From NCBI GenBank assembly GCA_965240325.2, contig OZ251232.1:2232001-2296000 (forward strand): a stretch of DNA of 64,000 bases, read 5' to 3'. The notes beneath the pieces are model-generated. The model worked only from the letters and a program-made list of their open reading frames with translations. It was not told the DNA's origin and ran no database searches. The first letter of the stretch is position 1; each line of letters starts with the position of its first letter. The stretch is from Rebecca billardiae RCC1528. Its lineage: Eukaryota; Protista; Haptophyta. Shown in pieces: positions 58,869-64,000 of the stretch. Both the position numbers and the translations under genes were made by a program.

Positions 58869-60842
58869 ATGATGTGGGCCGCGCTGATTCTCGCGGCGCC
58901 GGCGGCACTGCCCGGCGTCGGCACGGCGGCGCGCCCCTTCGGCGTGCGCCCCGCCGCCTCGCCGCGCATGAGCACGGCCGAGCAGGCCTCCGCCGCCGCC
59001 GCCGTCGACGCGCCGACCAACGTGCCCGCGTGGCTCGAGACATATCGGACCACGCCGGCCGAGGAGAGCTACACGGTGGAGTGCGCCGCGCTGCCGGCCG
59101 ACTTGAAAGGCACGCTGTACCGCAACGGCCCGTCCAAGTTCGAGATCGGCGACTCGCCCGTCGTCCACCCGTTCGACGGCGACGGCATGCTCGCCGCGCT
59201 CACGTTTGACGGCGAGGGGCGCGTGCACTTCCGTAACCGGTTCGTGCGCACGCGCGGCTTCGTGCTCGAGGAGCGCGAGGGCAAGCGGCTGTTCGCCAAC
59301 GCGTTCGGCAACCCGCTGCCGGCCTGGTCCGGGGGCTTGTCGGTGCGTGGGCACCGCCGGCGCCCCGCCGTCCTGCGACGCGCGCGCGCGTCGGCCGCTC
59401 ACGCGGGCCTCTCGCGCCCCGCCGCCGCGCGCAGCCCAAGAACGTGGCGAACACGAACGTGCTGTACTGGGGCGGCAGGCTGCTCGCGCTGTGGGAGGCC
59501 GGCAAGCCGCACCTGATGGACGAGGTCTCGCTCGCCACCTCGCGCGAGTCCGACGTGGGCGGCGTGCTGAAGGCGGGCGAGCCCTTCTCGGCACACCCGC
59601 GGTACGACGCTCGAACGGGGCGGCTGGTGAACTTCGCGTACAAGCCGAACCCGCTGACCGGCACGGAGGTGAGCTTCTACGAGTTCGACGCCGACTTCCG
59701 CCCGGTCGACCCGGACCGGCCGAGGCTCCGGCACACGCTACCCGGTTTCGTTCTGATGCACGACTTTGTCATTACGGAGAATTACTACGTCGTGTCCGCG
59801 CCGCCGACCAAGTTCAGCGGGGGGCAGGACGCGCTGCTCGGGCGCGCGTCGGCAGGTGCGCGGCGCGGGGCGGGGTCGGCGGCTGGGGCGCGCCCGACGC
59901 CGCGCGGCCGCTGCTTTGGCTTTGCCGCATGCTCACACGAGCGCCCGCCCGGACGCTCGCCCGCCCGGCCCGCCGCCGCGCCCGCGCTCGCGGCGCGCAG
60001 CGGCATGCATTGAGTTCGACTGGAGCAAGCCGAGCATCATGTACCTCGTGCCGCGCGCGGGCGGCGCGCCCATCCCCGTCGAGGTCGACCCGCACTTCAA
60101 CTTCCACTTCGCCAACGCGTTCGAGGACGAGGCGGGCCGCGTCGTCGTCGACACGATCCGCGCGACTGATTTTCTGCTTGGCGCCGGCGGCTCGGATTCG
60201 CGGCCGGTGTGGGAGACGACGGACTACGAGCGCGACGTGCCGAAGAGCACGCTCTGCCGGTACACGCTGGACCCGGCCTCGCGCACCGGCTCGGCCGCCA
60301 CCGAGCTCTGCCCGCGCTACGTCGACTTCCCGACGATCGACCGGCGCTGCTCCGGCCGGCCCTACCGGTGGGCGTACTGCGCGACCGGCGCGGCGGCGGG
60401 CGCGGCGGCGCCGTTCCAGGGGTGCCTCAAGCTGGACACGCAGCGCGGGGAGCACGAGATCTGGCTGGGCCCGCCCGAGCTCTGCGTGGGCGAGTGGGTC
60501 CTCGCGCCGCGCGCCGGCGCGCGCCCGGACAGTCCGGAGGATGACGGCTACCTGCTGACGCTCGCACACGACACGCGGCGCAACAAGGCGTCTCTGCTTG
60601 TCCTCGACGCGTCGCGCGTCTCGGCGGGGCCGGTGGCCACGGTCGAGCTCGACTCGTTCCTCTCGACCGGGCTGCACGGCACCTTCGTCCCCGAGCTCGT
60701 GCCGAGCGCGGAGAAGATCGAGAGCGCGACGAAGCTGATGAACATGTACGCGCGCAAGTCGCGAGAGTGGAACCAGGTGGACGGCTCGTTCACCGGACTC
60801 GGCTTCAAGCAGCTCTTCCAGAAAGGCGTGGACGGCCGGTGA
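58869..60842 (+). CDS. Carotenoid/apocarotenoid cleavage dioxygenase (RPE65 family), probably plastid-targeted
   Basis: Motifs GTLYRNGP, HPFDGDGM, KNVANT and ALWEAG. Four Fe-ligand His in FSAHP, MHDF, FHFAN and GLHG. Introns 59343-59434 and 59856-60000. Signal peptide plus transit-like leader. Confidence 0.93.
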
Positions 60843-61359
60843 CGAGCGGCCCGGGTGCCGCGAGACCCGCGCGGGGCAGCGCGGTCGCGCGCCACGGCGG
60901 GACGAGCCTGTCGGCGATCAGAGTCGGGCTGGCGCGCAGCCCGTTGCCGACGGCGACGGCGCAGCGTTCATGCCGAATGCGGGCCGCAGTCCCACACGGG
61001 CGTGCAGACAAATCAACGATGCGCGGTGTCGCAGCCATGAGCACTGACGCGCCGCCGGCCATAGACTGTGTCAAGAACTCAAGTAGCTTAGACTGTAGAC
61101 ACGTAGCACGCAGGCCACGAACGTGTTTTGAGCACGCGGCGGGCGCGCGGCCATGGCTGCCCAGTGAGCTGCCAATAAAGCCCGCTTGATTGGCGCTTGC
61201 CGCCATCGCCACCAACACTCTAACTCTCAGTGCGCTCAGTCCGGGCGGCGGCGCAGGCCGGCGGCCGCCCGGCCGGGCGGCGGCGGCACCAACGATCACC
61301 GCGTGCATCTTCGCTTGGCGCCCTTTGGAACGTCCAAGGCGGCTGTGAAGGGCGGCGCG

Positions 61360-61872
61360 ATGGGGGTGGTGGTGGTGGCGCTGCTGTGCGCCGCGCACGT
61401 TGGCATCCGCGACGGGCCCACACTGCACAGACCATCCGCGGTGGGCGTGCGCCACGCGCACGCACGCCGACGAGTGCTGCCCGCCATGTCGGCGTTCGCA
61501 TCCAACGCGACGGACAGCGTCAGCGAGCTCGACGAGCCACGAGCGTGGGGGCTCCAGCTGAAAGGGGACAAGCAGCACGCGGACGGGCGCGACCAGCTGC
61601 CGTACACGCTCACCTGCATCGGCCCGCCCGAGCGCGATCTGGGCACGTTCCGCCTCGACCCGCTCACGCACTGCGGCGATTCCTTGTGGGTGAACGAGAA
61701 GCAGTACGTGGTCAAGAAGGTGACGTTCTGCTACAAGCTGAGCAACGGCCGGTACAAAATGGTGAGCAAGGCGGCCAAGTGCAAGGAGAAGAAGCGCCTC
61801 TCTCTGGAGAAGGCCCTCGAGCAGATGTACAAGGCGGACTCCGTGCCGGGGATCGAGCTCGACGACGAGTAG
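61360..61872 (+). CDS. Conserved plastid/cyanobacterial-type hypothetical protein (DUF6464-like) with bipartite leader
   Basis: LGTFRLDPLTHCGDSL...YVVKKVTFCYKLSNGRYK resembles the plant/cyanobacterial family with a Y.L..G.Y motif. Hydrophobic N-terminus. Confidence 0.65.
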   Translation: MGVVVVALLCAAHVGIRDGPTLHRPSAVGVRHAHARRRVLPAMSAFASNATDSVSELDEPRAWGLQLKGDKQHADGRDQLPYTLTCIGPPERDLGTFRLDPLTHCGDSLWVNEKQYVVKKVTFCYKLSNGRYKMVSKAAKCKEKKRLSLEKALEQMYKADSVPGIELDDE

Positions 61873-62084
61873 CGTTTTCAGCAGTCAGAGTGTGCAGCAC
61901 ACTGCAGTTAGTGCCAGTTAGAATTACACAGGCCTGGCGTCATCGCGGTCAGGGGCAGCTCGCGAGACTCTCTGAGACTGCATTCTGATGCGCCTCGTCC
62001 TGGGACGACCGGCGGCTTTAATTCAGCGCAGCGGTGCCGCGTCGTGCGATAGAGTCATCCGGTCGCCACTCGGTCCGCGCCGTC

Positions 62085-63000
62085 CTATGTTCGAATCAAG
62101 GCCTATATGGCCGGCCATGACCGCGATGATATTGGCCGCTAGGCGGCCATGGCCGATGGAAAGCGGCCAACCAGCCATCACTGGCCGATGGGTATTGGCC
62201 GATGGCGGTCCGGCGGCCGGACCGCCGGAGGCCGCGCCGGACGGCACTCGGGTGACTCGCACTGCCACGGCGCCGGCGCGTGGCCTCGCGGCGCGTGCGC
62301 ACGCCGCCACGCGGGCTGCAGGCTGCAGCACTGTCCGACTCTGCACGGTCGTAGTCCGAGAGGGCGGCCCCGGGGCTCGGCCGAGCCCCAGTGGCGGTCT
62401 CTGACCGAGCGTGGCAGGTGGGTCGTGTGTGTGTGTGTTAATATAATCTGATATAAGCTTAGATAGATATATTCAGACTACTACGGCATGTCTATTGGAG
62501 CTATCTGCGCGCCGGCCCGGCGAGTGAAGGACGCGAGGTGCAGGCGGCGAGCCCGGTGAGACTCCGAGGGCGAGTCAGCGGCCGCACCCGCGCCCGCGAC
62601 CCCTACTTCTGCCACGGCTGGCGCTTGCACTGCCACGGCAGCGCCGTCGTCTGCCGACGCGGCGACTGCGGCAGCCTCGCGGCGAGCGGACGAGCTGTGG
62701 CTGCCGCAGCACAGTATTCGGCTGCAAGCACCTTCTGCGACGAGATCATGCCCATACAGAGTCGACGAGCCGACCTCGTTGGGGTCGACCATACGACGTT
62801 GACTTTCTGCCCGACGAGTGGTGAATAATATTGCGCCGAAAAAGAAAATAAATTATGAATATGTAATGAATACAGCGCATCGTCATCCTTATTTATTCAT
62901 TTATTCGTCGTAGTCGGCCACTGGCCGATGAACGGGCGAAAGTGGGCATCTCGTGGCCGACGGGTTGGCCGACGCCCGTCGAGGCTTGATTCGCACACAG
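62085..63000. mobile_element. Non-autonomous DNA transposon with 8-bp TSD and TGGCCGA subterminal repeats (hAT-like organisation)
   Basis: GCGCCGTC at 62077-62084 and 63001-63008. Imperfect TIRs CTATGTTCGAATCAAG and CTTGATTCGCACACAG. TGGCCGA clusters near both ends. Confidence 0.8.
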
Positions 63001-63274
63001 GCGCCGTCTAGTCACTCACTCAAGGACATTTCTGGACAAGGGCCGCGTGGGCACTCGGCCACTCTCACTTCTCAGTCACCGCTCGTCACTGACGTTACGG
63101 CGGACGTAGTATAGCTAGGCAGTATGACTATGATGGCGCGCGCACGCGCGCGCGCGCTCTCTCTCTCCGTCTCTCTCTTCCTCTCCCTATGCTGGCCAGC
63201 ACAAGCGGCGGCGTGGCACCTGCAGCTTGCCGGCCCCAGCCCGCAAGCGCGAACTGAGCCGGACGCCCTCGCGC

Positions 63275-63995
63275 GGCTGCCCGGCCCTCGCAGCTGGTGA
63301 GCCAGCAAACCCTCCGCGGGCAACACCAGAACCCTGCCGCCGGCTTTGAGGCCGACACGCCACACTGACACTGGGGCACATATCACCCGAGGGCCAGGCC
63401 TTCTGTGTGATAAGCTACCCCAGTCATGCCGCTTGATACATCGTCACCGATCACGCCTTCCCCAACCGACAGTGGGGAGCGCCCTCCACATTCCATAGTC
63501 CATATATACTTAATAGTACATCCTGTCGGCGCGCTGTGTAAGTGTGAGCTGTCACATTGATGGCGCCCAGTCGGAGAGTGGCTGGACCGCGACGCGACGT
63601 TTTGGCGCAGTCCGGTTTTGTCGTGCCATTGTGGACGACGGTGGGGCGCCAGGACCGCGAGGACGACGGGCGCTCGGGCGCGCCGCGACTGCGAGGCGGC
63701 CGCAGCCCTCTCCCCAATTCCGACGGCGCTACCATCGCCATCGGGCGGTGATCGGCGACGGCTTCATGGGCGGTGACAGTTGGCGGGCCGGTCCGAATCT
63801 CGTCAGACTGCCTACTGCAGAGTACTAGCTGATGTGTGCTGATGCCAATCGGGGCGTCCGAATTTTTTTTATATATATATATATATATAAATAAATAAAT
63901 AAATAAATAAAATCGATGATCGATATTATTCGATGACGATCCGTGAGAGTAATAAACTGCTACTGTGTGCGTCTCTTATTCTTAGTAAACTGTAC
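63275..63995 (+). mobile_element. Dispersed repeat family C copy ending in motif B, interrupted by an AT-rich tract
   Basis: Inverted diverged match to 18150-18655. CTGTGTGCGTCTCTTATTCTTAGTAAACTGTAC at about 63963-63995. Confidence 0.8.
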
Positions 63996-64000
63996 CGTCC

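Noticed and set aside
57493-61872. TLC protein, CCD and plastid hypothetical as a metabolic gene cluster
   Set aside because: Same-strand adjacency only. No shared pathway can be supported from the sequence.
63963-63995. Motif B as Tn5/Nextera adapter contamination (CTGTCTCTTATA-like)
   Set aside because: Only TCTCTTAT is shared, and the copies are diverged and embedded in genomic repeats.

Overview
Very GC-rich eukaryotic nuclear DNA. Genes have spliceosomal introns with GTGCGC donors and GCGCAG acceptors, and there are interstitial TTAGGG repeats; this fits a haptophyte-type alga (Pavlovales-like, inferred only). The window opens with an internally deleted Ty1/copia element whose visible LTR segments are identical. 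About 15 protein genes follow, including a GT47/exostosin glycosyltransferase, ATR kinase, a histidine phosphatase, a GDA1/CD39 apyrase, a TLC-domain protein and a carotenoid cleavage dioxygenase. Repeat-rich islands hold at least four non-autonomous TIR/foldback elements (three with clear TSDs), dispersed repeats, minisatellites and microsatellites. Two proteins have unusual domain architectures. The first joins a XopQ/HopQ1-like nucleoside-hydrolase-fold domain, about 6 TM helices and a degenerate TIR domain (18655-23052, +). The second joins a probable PAS domain, an SLC4/Band-3 cytoplasmic domain and an OCA2/P-protein (CitMHS) membrane transporter (51661-55902, -). All domain calls come from motif recognition by eye, and exon boundaries are hand-predicted.
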